Shown here: positions 1 to 13,235 of the stretch, one piece after another | How positions within the stretch are numbered: the first letter of the stretch is position 1 | How the letters are laid out: each line of letters starts with the position of its first letter | Assembly (NCBI GenBank): GCA_964188305.1 | Contig: OZ076888.1 | Origin: Podarcis bocagei | Lineage: Eukaryota | Direction: 5' to 3' (one strand) | DNA length: 64,000 bases | Program-made: the position numbers and the translations under genes | Notes under the pieces: model-generated | Seen by the model: only the letters and a program-made list of their open reading frames with translations | What the model was told of the DNA's origin: nothing | The model's database searches: none

Positions 1-239
1 AAAATATACATGAATAAAACCACCTGCCTTTAACTGAAACACTACTAAAACCAAAGATGGATACAAGGAAAAAATAATCCAAAGCAAAGGAGTGCTGAGG
101 CAGCAAAGCAGAAAAATGGATAAAATAAGGGAAACCATTAGCAGATAAGTTATGGAATTGGGAAATAAACTCAACTCTCTTAACAATCTCACCTCAATGC
201 CCCATCCTTATACTTTATTATGGAGGTTGTGGATATATT

Positions 240-598
240 CATACCCTCCAACATTTCTCCGATGAATATAGGGACGCCCCATTTCATAATGATAATTTAA
301 CTATTTATACCCCACACACCTTACTGGGTTGCCCCAGCCATTCTTGGCAGCTTCCAACATATAAGAATAATAATAAAACATTAACATTTTTTTAAAAAAA
401 ATAAAACATATAAAAAAACTTCCCCATACAGGATTGCCTTCAGATGGCTCAGAGGTAGGATACCTCCCTCCAACATTTCTCCAATGAAAATAGGCACATC
501 CTAAGGAAAAGTGGGACATTCTGGGATCAAATCAGAAACCAGGGTGGCTTCTCCAAATCAGGGACATCCCTGAAAAATGGGAACACTTGGAGGGTCTG
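240..598. mobile_element. Old hAT-like MITE interrupted by a minus-strand L2 3' tail (about 285-455)
   Basis: Ends cataccctccaa ... ttggagggtctg; interior tttatacccc...ctgggttgccccagcca...ccttcagatg matches the other L2 tails. Confidence 0.55.
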
Positions 599-660
599 GA
601 TACATCACAGTTTTACCTCTAACATTTTAGCCTTAAACTTTCTGTGGTCTTCTGGATGTG

Positions 661-1002
661 GGTAAAGGTAAAGGGACCCCTGACCATTATGTCCAGTTGT
701 GGCCGACTCTGGGGTTGCAGCGCTCATCTCGCCAAGGGAGCCAGCGTACAGCTTCCGGGTCATGTGGCCAGTATGACTAAGCTGCTTCTGGCAAACCAGA
801 GCAGCGCACGGAAACACCGTTTACCTTCCCGCCGGAGCGGTACCTATTTAGCTGCTTGCACTTTGACGTGCTTTCGAACTGCTAGGTTGGCAGGAGCTGG
901 GACTAAGCAACGGGAGCTCACCCCGTCGCAGGGATTCAAACTGCTGACCTTCTGATCGGCAAGTTCTAGGCTCTGTGGTTTAACCCACAGCGCCACCCGT
1001 GT
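661..1002 (-). mobile_element. Sauria (Squam1) SINE
   Basis: tRNA-like head (A box GGTGGCGCTGTGG, B-box-like motif), Bov-B-related tail ending (TTTACC)n; near-identical to the copies at 15219 and 29624. Confidence 0.9.
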
Positions 1003-1220
1003 TTTAAATGTACCCCCCCATCAATTGGTTTTTATGTTGTTTGTTGGTTGCTTGGTTGGTTGCTTTGAGCTGCCTTGGGCAAGATAAAGTGATTGGTATT
1101 ATTTATTAAATAATACTAATATTATGGGATGTACCCATCAGTAGGCTGCCCACACAGAGATAGCATGAGAGGCAAAAGGAGTGATGAAGAAAGGGAGGTC
1201 AAAGTAGCGCAGCCTATCAA

Positions 1221-1355
1221 CAAAGCTTTTTTCGGCTGGAACTCACCAGAACTCAGTTCCAGCACATCTGAGGTGGGCGCCATTGCCATTATAAGAGAAC
1301 AAGGGAGGCATTCATTATGAGTTCTGGCACCTCTTTTTCTAGAGAAATAGCACTG
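1221..1355. mobile_element. hAT MITE
   Basis: Perfect 8-bp TSD cctatcaa (1213-1220 / 1356-1363); related copies at 22467-22594, about 30957-31082 and about 63192-63486. Confidence 0.8.
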
Positions 1356-1765
1356 CCTATCAAGCACAATAGGAGTCACCAATAGAGAGCAGGCTGCATA
1401 TATAATTTCTTGCAGAAGGCTGTACCTAGGAAAGGAGAAGGTCTTCCTTGGTATTTATTGAAAGGTTACTTTTTGTCACAACCACAGAGCAAAGAAGGAA
1501 AGGTGGACAGGAAGCTATAATTCCAACAGAGCTTTAAACACCCTGAAATGGAATATTTGCCTGAATATTAATCATTCACAAATGTATTAGATCAATACCA
1601 CATAATAATAAAAAATCCTGGAATCAGGTATCTTCAGATTACAGCCATGAAATGAAACATTTTGCTGATTTTAATTGTAGGCAAGCAGCCAAGTCGGGGG
1701 AAAGATTGCTGGAGATGGGAAAACAGCCACATTGACACATTTGCGTACATACCTCTCTGCAAGTA

Positions 1766-1934
1766 CCGTATTTTTTGCACCATAACACTCACTTTTTTCC
1801 TCCTAGAAAGTAAGGGGAAATGTCTGTGCGTGTTATGGAGGAAATGCCTACGGGTGGCATGCCTACGGATTTTCCTCCTCTAAAAACTATGTGCGTGTTA
1901 TGGTCGGGTGAGTATTATAGAGTGAAAAATACGG
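1766..1934. mobile_element. Tc1/mariner (Tc2-like) MITE, 169 bp
   Basis: TA|CCGTATTTTT ... AAAAATACGG|TA; near-identical to 20263-20431. Confidence 0.9.
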
Positions 1935-3183
1935 TACTGTAATCTCACCAAAGGCGTAGTTCTCACTGAGGTGGAAATCTGTGTTTCGGCTGGAACACTT
2001 AACAGGAAATGGTTCTCATGTAACAGAATGCTACTACATACATAAATGCATATAATAAATATGTCAGTTTAAGACTGGAGTCAAGGTTCTCACACGTTGG
2101 CTCATGCTCCACAGTGCTAGGAAACTGGAAGCCAAGTCCTTAGCAGTGGTCCATGATCGGTAATGTGCAATTTAATAAACTGGGCTTGCCTACACCTTAG
2201 TTGCACACCCACAAATTTCCTTGGCCTTTTAAACCCATATCTCAATGGGGAGGATGGATGCCTGGGACCAAGTGACGACACCTCTCACTATCCTGGTCTT
2301 GTATTGCATTATGAAGCACTTGAGCCTTACTGTACTGCTAAAGGAATCCTCCTGTGAGCTGGGCAATGCTGGTTTGTTGCTTATACCTCTAGCCGGCATG
2401 ATAGGTTGCACACTGGGAGATGGAGGTCTCCTTAGATGTAACAGTGGCCATTTTTCCTAGCGTTATTCTGCTTGATGGTGCAATTTGTAACATAAGGGGA
2501 AGGAGGGGAGTGCCTGCGTTGGCACAACTGTTGCACAATTGCCTTGTAGGGGAGTCATGCTGCACCTCAACTATCCGGCTATTGCTGCCCTGCAACCTTT
2601 CCATATGAAAGCCCCTGGATTTGAGAGAATTCTGGAGCACCCAAGTAAGTACTAAAATGTGGGTCTGAGACAGCACACTCTGTACTTCTCAGCCAGATCC
2701 CTCTCAGTTTACTCAGAAAGTAGCACCAGCTTCTGGCTCTCCAGCTCTCCCTGGAATCAGAGCAGTCTGTGCCTCTCTTATCAACTCCCATGGCCTGTAG
2801 CATGAACCAAACAACCTAGGCACATGGGTGATAACCAGAATCCTAAAGTTTGGCATTAACGTCAGACCCCAGCAGCCAAATTATATGACGTTTTATTGAG
2901 AACAAAAAAGGAAGAGGACAAATGGACAAAACAGATTGAAAATAAAAGGAGCTGACCAATGCTGACCTAGTTAGTTACAAACCTGTGTCTGGTCTCCTCA
3001 TGAGTAACACAGCAAAGGTGGCCAGTTGCAGGTTTTTCTGATGGTCAGTGAAGATGGATCCTACGATGGAATGTAAAGGGCAAAAGGCAGCTCAGTTTTT
3101 AAGGACTTTCTCACCAACAATGGATTGAGTGACAGCTGGAGGTTTGAAATATCAAAGCACAGGTCACGTTTGGCCAGGTAGTG

Positions 3184-3437
3184 CAGGGGTAGGCAATCTA
3201 AGGCCCGAGGGCCAGATGCAGCCCAATCGCCTTCTCAATCTGGCCCACGGATGGTCAGGGAATCAGAGTGTTTTTACATGAGTAGACTGTGTCCTTTTAT
3301 TTAAAATTCATCTCTGGGTTATTTGTGGGGCATAGGAATTCATTCATTCCCCCCCCCAAAAAAAATATAGTCTGGCCCACCACATGGTCTGAGGGACAGT
3401 GGACCGGCCCACGGCTGAAGAAGGTTGCTGACCCCTG
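3184..3437. mobile_element. hAT (Charlie-like) MITE
   Basis: TIR CAGGGGT..GCAA / TTGCTGACCCCTG; perfect 8-bp TSD aggtagtg. Confidence 0.88.
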
Positions 3438-5074
3438 AGGTAGTGTGATACTTGCTAAGAGTTGCAGAGACTGTAGACACCCCCTGGGGTAGGTGAAGAT
3501 GGTTTTCGCTGATGTAAAACCCCATTGCATTTTTCTTCAACTTCCTGCTTGACAGAACCCATCCTGGGATTGTAGATTTAGGAAATAGGTGCCTGGGCGC
3601 TCTGGCAAAATGGAGGGAAAGAGAGCAAGGCTTTGCTTCACAACAACAATGAAAAATGTCGAAGCAACTTTTGAAAACATTTCACCTGCTTCACAGATTT
3701 TAAAAGAGGCAACAACAAAAGGCGTATCTTGGTAATGTGGCGGCAGGTCATGTACTGGTTTTGAGCAGGTTTTGGCAGCTTATTCATTTATTTTTCAGTG
3801 CATTTGTGTGCCAGTGCTTTTTCCTTCCTCTAAAAGCCACTTCCAGGGAAGATCAAGTTAAACAACTGAACTCGCAAATCTTAGCTCACACATCCTTTCT
3901 GTTGCAGAGAGGTGTTGGGAGTGTGTAATTTGAAGCAAAGATGTGTTATGGTGGAAGACAGTGCTTAATCTTATTGCTTCCTTGTCTATTTTATCCCCCT
4001 AAAGCATCTCAGGTTCCTAAACAACTCCAGATGTCTAGCACGGTGGAAATCTCAATAGTGTAGGTAATAAACGAGTATTTTTCACTTGTTTTGAATTTGG
4101 CACTGCAACATGACGGGCAAGGGTTTTCCTGACATCCAATCTTATTGTAGTCATTTGCAGATTGGTACAGTGGGAGACACTTTCTTGACCTCTCAGCCGT
4201 TGAGTTGGCTGGTGCTTCCTGGGAGGAGCAAGGCACTATCGAGGTCAGTGTGGTGCAAATGCATCTGCCAATCTGGTGCTCCTTCTGCACCAGCCACCAC
4301 CCTCCTTCCTTCTCCTGGTAAGTAGCAGCAACTCACCTGTCAGGACATCAGGTCAGCACCTACATCCTACCACACCATCTGCCTTTGACCGTAGAGCTGT
4401 ACAGAAGCCTCCTCTGAGATCAGCAGGCATAAGGAAGGTGCAGGTTGATAGAACAAGTCCCCGCTTCCACTGTTAGGGGGTGGGGAACTTCAGGTGTTGC
4501 TGAGCCACAACTTCCATCATCCCTTAACGGTAGTGATTCCTACATTGCAAAGGTTTGACTATATCAAACCATTGAGGTCCCTTCCAACTCTTACGATTCT
4601 ATGACTCTAAGTCCAACAACTGGAGAGCAACAGATTTCTCACCCATGGGTTAAGTTAAGCTTCTGTATCTCAAGTTTATGGTCAAAGCTATATTGCAGGG
4701 CATTCTTCTTTACTGCCATTCCAGGGCAAGAATGATATCTATCAGTTGAGGAAAAGTCTGCCTGTTACAACAGAGATTATACTGCATACAGGAAATTGTG
4801 TGCTTATGTGATGATGACTGGCATACAGGTCGTCAACTCTATGTACATAAGAGGTACAATCACTGAGAATGTACCGCCACATACTGTGATCTATTGGATG
4901 AATGTTGTTTCCCACACAGAACTACCATCCCTGTATGCTTTTTGTAAAGCATGAGACATCTTGGTTTGGGCTTATCCATAAATGAAAGAGGCCCATACAG
5001 GCTGCCAGGCAAAAGTTAGCAAACAACGATTCACTCCTTTCAACTGGGAAGAAATCAGTTTCAACACAACAGTT

Positions 5075-6960
5075 CAAAAACTGAATAGTTATTTATTGTT
5101 CCAGAAGTACATTGCTCTTTTATACATATTTAATAAATGATACAGGATTTTACACATGTTCAGTATTTTACTTTATTTTTTAAGGACTTTTTCTCCATGC
5201 CCCTCCCTCGCCCCAAACACACATAAAATGTTCCTCTACAGGACTGCTTATCTTCTTCCTTTTTTAAAATGCTGCGTACAAAGAGGATAAAACAGGTTTG
5301 TTTTTGTTTTTTTTAAAAAAACCCAACGAAAATCAAAAATCAAAAATGTAATTGAGAACAGAAAGACAAAGGTGGGGGGAGAGAGAGAGAAAGAAAGAAA
5401 AACACCTTGGAGCATGCATCGATTCAGTCCAACATGCCATCGAGTGAGAGGAGGCAGCAACGGTCCCGTCTGCATTTCCACATCTGAAAGGCACCTGGCG
5501 TCTGGTTTATATTTATTTTGTACACTTTAAAACATGGTTTCTCCAGAAAGTGGGAGCCTCTCGCCTTGACACAGTGAGAAGTAGTGAACTGAAAGGAAAC
5601 ACCCGGCCTTTCTGCGAATTAAGCTTAGAGCCCTTCTGCAGCTTCCATCCTGTCTCCACAGTATTTATCACAGGATGATAAGAAAAGGCTGATTCCACTC
5701 CATGCAGGATGCAAGATCCGCTCGGCGGGGAGGGGGGGGCGGAACCGCCCAGTTGGTTTGCAAGAAGTGGAGGGTGATGGAGTGCCATTTCCTCAACTTT
5801 TAAAATAATAACAACAATAATAAAAAAGGAGTTTGCAATCTGCTACTCCGCAGAAACCCTGGCTCCTAGGCACCGGGGCGTTCTTTTTTAAAGCTACCAA
5901 AGAAAGAGAGGGCTTGTGAACCAATGTGGAACTCTGTGGTCTTCTGCTCTAGGCCTTTGACAAAGTCTCCAGACCAGGTGACTTCATGAAAGACACATCA
6001 TTCACTCTGCTATGCAAACATCACATTTAATTATACCTGTCCTAATGCTTTTTCTGTAAAGAGTCATGGTTTTGAGTCAAGTACCCAATTTGATATATAT
6101 TTAAACCAACCTTTGTGATTTGATTAATCCAGGTCACTACCAGATTCTGGGGTGGAAAGAGTAGGGGGAGACTTCGCTCCCTTAAGACTGAATATGAAAA
6201 ATTCTCTCATGCAATATCACCATTTATATCTAGAAGTACATCCAGGGCAGTGGGACATGTTCAAGTTTAAGAATGTAGGAAGTCATTCAAAGTGTCAATT
6301 ATCAAACGTTCAGGGCAAGGGTTATTCCGCTTGTGATATCGATAAAACTGATTATAGTGATGTAATCGTCCCATAAAGCAGAATGTCGGCTTCGTTTTCT
6401 TTTAAAGTAAAAAGCAGTTTCACATGAAGGTTACAAAAGAGACACACTAGGTCCAATCTAGAGTGCATGTTCATGTAGGGCCAATTGGATCAGCAGCCAT
6501 AGTTTCATAAGATGGTGCTTTTTCCCCTTCTTCACTTTTTTTGATGCACTGTTATTATTTATTATTGGTATTTTGAAAGAGAAGTCTTTTAAAAAGCTGA
6601 GCAGGCTGCTGGTGCATCATCAAGAGGCAGACACTGCAAAGCCGGAAAAATATGCCCCCTATACATTCTGTTTATGAAATGCCGACTTTTTAATATATAT
6701 TTTCATCCAGGAAGAAAGAACGTTTAAATGTGACGGTATTTGTCAAGCCCTTTGAAAAGACTTAACATCCCACAATGCCCGATCTTCTCGTTGAACACAC
6801 TGACCCCTCCCCAGCCATGGTCCTTGTTCTGCTTTGAATGATTAAAAAGCCCTCCACCCCCGCAAGACCTCCCAGCTTCCACCAGCAATGCTTTAATTAA
6901 AGAGGCGAGAGCTATGAACCGTTTTGCCAAGTCTGCCAGGGTTCAGAGGACCTGGGCTGG
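5075..6960 (-). other. MCU: Probable MCU 3' UTR (~1.9 kb; distal end approximate)
   Basis: AT-rich stretch after the stop with no repeat I could recognise, ending at AATAAA (5092-5097, minus) followed by a GU-rich element. Confidence 0.7.
5092..5097 (-). terminator. Polyadenylation signal AATAAA (likely major distal site)
   Basis: Upstream UGUA motifs and downstream TGTTGTGTTG (about 5062-5071) on the minus strand. Confidence 0.7.
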
Positions 6961-7038
6961 TCAGTCTTTATCGCTGATTTGTCGGACAGGCAAGTGCACC
7001 TGCAAGGGGTCTCGAAGCCTCTTAAGATCCAATTCTGC
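6961..7038 (-). CDS. MCU: MCU last coding exon 8: AELDLKRLRDPLQVHLPVRQISDKD*
   Basis: ttttcag|GCA acceptor; TGA stop at 6961-6963; matches the human C-terminus AEMDLKRLRDPLQVHLPLRQIGEKD. Confidence 0.97.
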   Translation of the reverse strand, partial: AELDLKRLRDPLQVHLPVRQISDKD

Positions 7039-7294
7039 CTGAAAATTAAGGGGGGAGAAAGCTATAAGAACCACATTTCGCCACAATGTGCTGAAATACA
7101 CCCCTCCAGATGCTGCTGAATGACAAATCCCATCAGTCGCAGCCAGTTGTCAGGAATGATGGGTTCTGTCCCTCAGTAACATCTGGGGGGTTACAGGTTA
7201 ACAACTCCTGCTGTAAGGTAATGTGATCTCTTTATTGTTGAGGTTATAACTCATAGAAATTTTATGAAAAATAAGTAGATGATACCATCTGAAC

Positions 7295-7581
7295 CAACAT
7301 CATTCAGCGCGGACACTGAGGTCTGGCTCCAAGGGCCTTCTGGCGGTTCCCTCACTGCGAGAAGTGAGGCTGCAGGGAACCAGGCAGAGGGCCTTCTCAG
7401 TGGTGGTGCCCGCTCTGCGGAACGCCCTCCCATCAGATTTCAAGGAAATAAACAACGTTCTGACTTTTAGAAGAAATCTGAAGGCAGCCCTGTTTAGGGA
7501 AGTTTTTAATGTTTGATGCTTTATCGTGTTTTTAATATTTGGTTGGGAACCGCCCAGAAACCTAGCCAGATGGTTTGATTA

Positions 7582-7632
<51 letters not shown>

Positions 7633-7654
7633 TATTATTATTATTATTATTATT
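7295..7654 (+). mobile_element. L2-clade LINE 3' fragment with (AAT)n(ATT)n tail
   Basis: Degenerate RTLRS..GLLAVPSLREVRLQGTRQRAFSVV.PAL.NALP..FRR.LKAALFREVF, typical of an L2 ORF2 C-terminus. Confidence 0.85.
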
Positions 7655-8991
7655 ACACAAGCACAATATTTATATGATTATTTACATATATCCAATTGAA
7701 ATAAAAAATACCCAGCCCTAATTAAGTGCAATAATCCCCCTCCAAGTAGATTGAGCACTTAACCCCAAAGACTTAGCAATTTCAGTTGCAGCAATTGCGA
7801 AGTCAGTAACTTCCAAAGTGGCAGAAAAAATGGATTATCCCTCTCCTAGAGATCACACGCACCGCCCACCAGATAATGCTTATTTCCTGTATACAACGAA
7901 CAACACTGCATTCTATAGAATCCAAGATTAATGTCAGGGGCAGAAAGAACAGCATTCATAAATGTAAGAAGGCTTGCCAAGTCTGTTTAAAAAAATGCTG
8001 GCAAGCCCGACCCTAATAGGGTCAAGGTATCAGATGTGCAGCCACGGTGTTAAGAGGAAGAGCCTTCAATTGGGCCAATTCTAAAGTTTGTTGGAATTAT
8101 AGACCATGGTAGAGGTTGTTTTACTGACTAGACTAGGGAAATGATGGATACCTGGCAACTCTAAAAATCAGATACAATCCTAGTGCCAGCCCCTGACTAT
8201 TTCCTCATCCCTACTCTTGTTCTCTTCTTCTATAAACATCAGTGAGCCACCCAAGGGAGTCCCACAAACTCACCATCTGCAGGTAATTTGTACAGCCATA
8301 AACCATGGATAGATTAGGTCATATTCCATGGGCACCTCACATGGCCATTAGTCACTCAGCTATCACATGACATTGAGGCACATGTTGGATTCTCAGCTGA
8401 GGCATGCCAGCTACATGAAACTGCCTCCAACAGTAGGCAAAAGGTTTAAGGTTTGGTAGCAACTACTGATAATCATCCACCGGGAAGAAGAGAGATTTGA
8501 TGTGTGCAATCATTTAACGTGGCACCCAACAGACATTTACTCTTTTAGCCCCTGCAAGACAACAATTAGGACTTCCATTTCCCCACCTGCACTGTTGCAG
8601 GTTCAAATAAGCCATTTAAACTAGGGCAGGATACACCTAACCAGCACTTTCAGCAGAAGCCTTGAGACCAAAGACTTCCACTTCTACAGCAGGGATTTCC
8701 CCCCTTTCCGCCCTCTGCAGCCTCTTAATTTGGCTTGGGGAAGGGTTGGGAGAACCCTCAGAACGGTGTGGGGTGGTGGAGAGGGCAGACTGGAAGAGCA
8801 CAATGTTGGATTCCACCTTTAGTATCTATGCCAGAATTATTAACACCTGCCATAATACGCAGCGCTTCATAATACATGGTGATAAGAGAATGTGGGAAAG
8901 TGCCTCACTCAGTTACCAAGATCCAACACTGGGATGGGATGGGAGGGTATCTTCCCACCCCACCCCCGTTAGTTGAAATTACTTTCATTAC

Positions 8992-9108
8992 CTGAGCAAT
9001 AGCATCCTTGAGTTGATTGTATTTTTCTAGATCAAAACGCGTCTTTCTGGCTCCTTTATGGAAAAATAATAAGTACTGCCTGTCTCTGGCATCTGGGTAT
9101 ACATACTC
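8992..9108 (-). CDS. MCU: MCU coding exon 7 (117 nt): EYVYPDARDRQYLLFFHKGARKTRFDLEKYNQLKDAIAQ
   Basis: Within ORF 8905..9120; cacag|GAG acceptor, CAG|gtaatg donor. Confidence 0.98.
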
Positions 9109-9617
9109 CTGTGCAATCAAAGATTGAATAAAAAAGAAAAAAGGAAGGCATTAATATATGAGGGTTGGGAAGAAAGGGGATAAAACTGTTGATTAATATT
9201 AATACTTGCATTGGCTAAATATAGGAAGTGGGCAATAAATGCATAACAGAATATTGACGCTTTTCTACAGCCATGAACTCAAGTCTGGTTATCAGCTAAA
9301 GAGTGATAAGCTGTGAAGTCTTTTTGGCCTATCACCCAGTTATCATTTTACATATTGCTAGATTCAGGTGAAGGAGTTAAGCTATGGCAAGGGGTTTGTT
9401 TTGTTTTGTTGTTGTTTTTTTTAACTTTTTGCCTCTTCTGGGATGTAGTAGCATGCAAGTTTTGACACCTTTGCTACTCTGAAAACGACAACTGTGCAGT
9501 GGTTCATCAGAGCAACAGAAGTAAACATATCTTTGGTTTATGGAGGAATTTGCTCATCTCAGCTAATGCTCAGTGAGTTATGTCTGTTGCTATATCTGTT
9601 ATAAATTGAATGTTATA

Positions 9618-9858
9618 CAGTGGAACCCTGGTTGTCAAATGTAATCCGTTCTGGAAGACCGTTTGACTTCCAAAACGTTCAACAACCGAGGTGCAAAGGG
9701 TTGTTGGCAAAGTCTATGGTGAAAACTGAGAAACGCACCTCAGAAGCCACTCGACTTCAGAGGTGCGTTCGAAAACGGAAGCAATTACTTCCGGATTTTC
9801 AGTGTTTGGCTTCTGAAATGTTCAGCTTCCAAGATGCTCCAAAACCGAGGTTCCACTG
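9618..9858. mobile_element. Tigger/pogo-like MITE
   Basis: TA|CAGTGGAACC ... GGTTCCACTG|TA; same family as 16957-17190. Confidence 0.85.
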
Positions 9859-10083
9859 TATCTGTTATGTTCACACACACACACCTCATCGCTTAATGTT
9901 GCATATTTTTTGCCACATTATGATGGTATATGGATAAACCAGTCAAAGATTCAGAAGTACACAGGGTAGGCACCCTTGTTTTCAAGAAAAGAACAGCACA
10001 GATGAGGAAAAGTCATATTTATGAGAATGGGGTTTTCTGGACACCTGCTTATAAAGTGGAATGAAACCAAAAGCAAGCCTCAC

Positions 10084-10287
10084 CTGACGCGTTACTACGA
10101 AGTATGCGTACATTGCCATGGCGCTGCCATATGTGATGAAGTAGGTCACTGGCTCCATAATGTCCCAAGAGTATTCCCACCAAGTGAGCCGGGCCAGAAT
10201 TCCAAACTGCGTGGCCATGTAAGCTAGCCCACCCCAGAGCACCCAGGTGGTCCTCTTCTCTGCTTTCCGGCGGATTTCCATCCTAAC
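10084..10287 (-). CDS. MCU: MCU coding exon 6 (204 nt): TM1, WDIMEP selectivity filter, TM2
   Basis: [68 protein letters not shown]; ctgcag|GTT acceptor, CAG|gtgagg donor. Confidence 0.99.
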
Positions 10288-10441
10288 CTGCAGGACAAAA
10301 ACGTTCAGAACTACGTTGAGCTGTTGCTTCTCAACGAAGGTTAAATATGGAAATAAGCACATACAGTAGGATTGGTGTTTTCAATGCTGATATTATAACA
10401 ATCCTTAAACAGAATGCTGTTTAACTTTGAAATCAATAAAA

Positions 10442-10523
<82 letters not shown>
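10442..10523. repeat. Compound (TG)n(AG)n microsatellite
   Basis: Directly visible. Confidence 0.97.
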
Positions 10524-10526
<3 letters not shown>

Positions 10527-10816
10527 ATGTTTACAGTCGACTGAGTGGCTGACATTTCAAGTTCAAAATAACTGAGCTTCCATTCCTATTGTGAAACATT
10601 TCTTTCTGTTGACTACCAACCCCCTGCTGCATCCCTTTTCGTTTTGTTTACTATTTAAGACCATCATATAAGCTCTGTCTCGATATATAGATATAGAATG
10701 GGGGGAACCAGAAAAACATGTAATCATATATGTAAATTATACACATGCAAAGAAGGGTGCAAGGTGGGAGAGAAGCTGTCGTTGACCTGATTCATGCAAC
10801 ACGGTAAACCAAACTA

Positions 10817-11067
10817 CAGTCATACCTTGGTAGTCAAACACCTTAGTTGTCGAACAAATTGGCTCCCTAACATCACAAACCCGGAAGTGAGTGTTCCGGT
10901 CTGCGCATGTTTTTTGGAAGCTGAAAGTCCGACGTGGCTTATGCAGCTTCCGATTGGCTGCAGGAAGTTCCTGCAGCCAATCTGAAGCTGCACCTTGGTT
11001 TTCGAACCTTTTTGGGAGTCGAACAGACTCCCGGGACAGATTAAATTTGAGAACCAAAGTATGATGG
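10817..11067. mobile_element. Tigger-like MITE
   Basis: TA|CAGTCATACCTTGG ... CCAAAGTATGATGG|TA; internal palindromes. Confidence 0.75.
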
Positions 11068-11869
11068 TATAGCTTACAAGGACTGCCCATAGGTATGCCT
11101 TAGTGTGTTGTCCAAGCTGGGACTTGTGGTTCAGCTTTCTCCTCACTAACCTAGAGTATAGCCAATAACAAACCTTGGTTACAGCTAATGGATAGCAAGC
11201 TGAGCTACCTCCTCATGGGGCCTTGGTGTTTTACATTCTGAAGGTAGCCTTGGTGTTAAGGCATAGGCTATACATGTTAAAGAGCAAGCATGATGGACAA
11301 ACTAATGTGACAGCAACTGAGCTGATCCACTTACTTTCTTGGTGGTTTGTGATGGTGGAGCTTGAAAAATGACCCCACACAGTTTCAGAGTAATTTATTA
11401 CAGGGGAGTACCAAAGGGCTGCAGTTTAGAGTTATCTCAACTTCATAGCACCACCAAAGGAATCGCTCTATGTAAACAAAGTCTGGGGGACAGGACCCAG
11501 GTGACTGCTGTGACATGTGCAATATATGCATAGCATGTTTCCATTGGCAAGGATCTTTATGTTTAAATCTGAACTGCATTGTGGATTTACCCTGAAATGC
11601 TTAATATTAGTGCCAAAAACTCATTTCGCAGATGAAAAATAACTCACTTGGAACCCATTTAATATTTCCGTGCTCTGACAAAGATCAGAAAGAATTGCAT
11701 AAAGTAGGTTTCCCTTTAGGCTACAAATTCAACTAGCAACACAAAGCTATTAAGCTCTACTTTTTCAGCTACATTTATTGCTAGCTTACAATGCAATTTG
11801 TGCTATGCCATCGACTGAGCCACTCATCAAAGCAGCTTAGGGTGTCACTCAATGAAGAGAGGTTCTCAC

Positions 11870-12030
11870 CTTCTCCAGGGGCGCTAGTTGCTGCTTGAGG
11901 TCTTCTAGCCGTCTAACGAGCTCCTTCTCCTTATTCAGCTGGTGTTCCTCGATACACAGTGTGGTATATAGCTGCTGAACCAATGTCTTCACATCATTCA
12001 GCGTGGTTGCATCTTCGTGGCTTAAGAGGT
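11870..12030 (-). CDS. MCU: MCU coding exon 5 (161 nt): DLLSHEDATTLNDVKTLVQQLYTTLCIEEHQLNKEKELVRRLEDLKQQLAPLEK (coiled coil 1)
   Basis: Manual translation; ctttag|AC acceptor, AAG|gtgaga donor; frame continuous with exons 4 and 6. Confidence 0.97.
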
Positions 12031-13235
12031 CTAAAGAAGCAAACAGGACTTTTTAACGTTCTGTTTTTCACAGTGGTTATGCCTCTAACAGCTTATTAGA
12101 ACAGAAATGAAAAACTGCTCTCACTGCACTGACATTTACAGAACCAAATAAAATAAGAAAATGATACCCTGCTTCAAACAAAGGCTCAGCGGAGACTAAT
12201 GCTTAAAGATACACACCAAATATGAATAACCATGTTCTTTTATGCTCGTTAATTCCGAACACTGGAATTAGGACTTTGCTTGTAATTGTGTGTTTGTTTA
12301 TGTGTGTTGTGTGTGTGTAATCGAAAAAATATACTGGATCATTTTTCATCATCAGCAATAAGAGGAAGAGAAAGGTCTAGGGCTACTGATGAAAAATTAG
12401 CATAACTTTTGAAGCCATGTAAAAAACTATCCCTCCTGACCTTACCTTCCCAGGAAAAGCTGGGGGAAATGGAAATATATGCCATGTTTTTATTGAATAT
12501 ATTGAATTTATTAAATAGTTTTTTCTGCTTAAACGATATAAAATGCATCATTTGTAATTTAGCACATAAAACCGTACTATTTGGCATATTCCTGAAGTTT
12601 ACAAAGCATTCTATGCAGATTCAGTCAGAACCCACTCTGCTTAAGTTCCACGCAGGTTTGCATCTATAAACATATAAATATATAAGGCTGCAATCCTATA
12701 CCCACTCACTAGGCAGAAACCACTGAACTCACTGGTAATTACTTCAGAGTAAGGATGTATAGGACTGCACTGTTAGTTTTGTACGAGCTAATATGAATGT
12801 ATATGTCTACACAATACACAGAAATTATTGCTCAAATGTTGCAGATTCTCTTCCATAAAAATCTTCATGCTGCACATTTTGAGTGAATAGAAACTCGTAT
12901 TAAAAAGTAGCTCGCTCCTTCCAAAAGAGAAAATGTTTGAGAGCAAGTTTTTCCAAGATCCCCCAAAGTCTTTGGAAAAACTGGAAGGGGAGGTGTCACT
13001 GGGAAGTGGGGGGACGGACCCCTGAATTTTTTCAATGGTTTTCTGGACCTTTACATCTCTACCAAGTACTTCACTTTAATATTTCAAAGTCTAATTTTAC
13101 TATAAGGCCATGACCTCACACTGTGTTCTCCTCTGCTTCCCTAAGGTAACCTGCATCTCCCACTGATACAAACAACTGGGTTCCAGTAACAAGGGTGCAC
13201 AATGGTTTTGAAGAAGAGCCTAGGAACGTCTCCAC

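Noticed and set aside
5075-6960. miR-25/92 site (GTGCAAT) known from mammalian MCU regulation
   Set aside because: Not seen on a manual scan of the inferred UTR; absence by eye is not reliable enough to report as a loss.
6943-6963. Stop-codon readthrough extension of MCU (TGA C context)
   Set aside because: Context is TGA-CCAG, not the strong TGA-CTAG motif, and another TGA follows after 5 codons.
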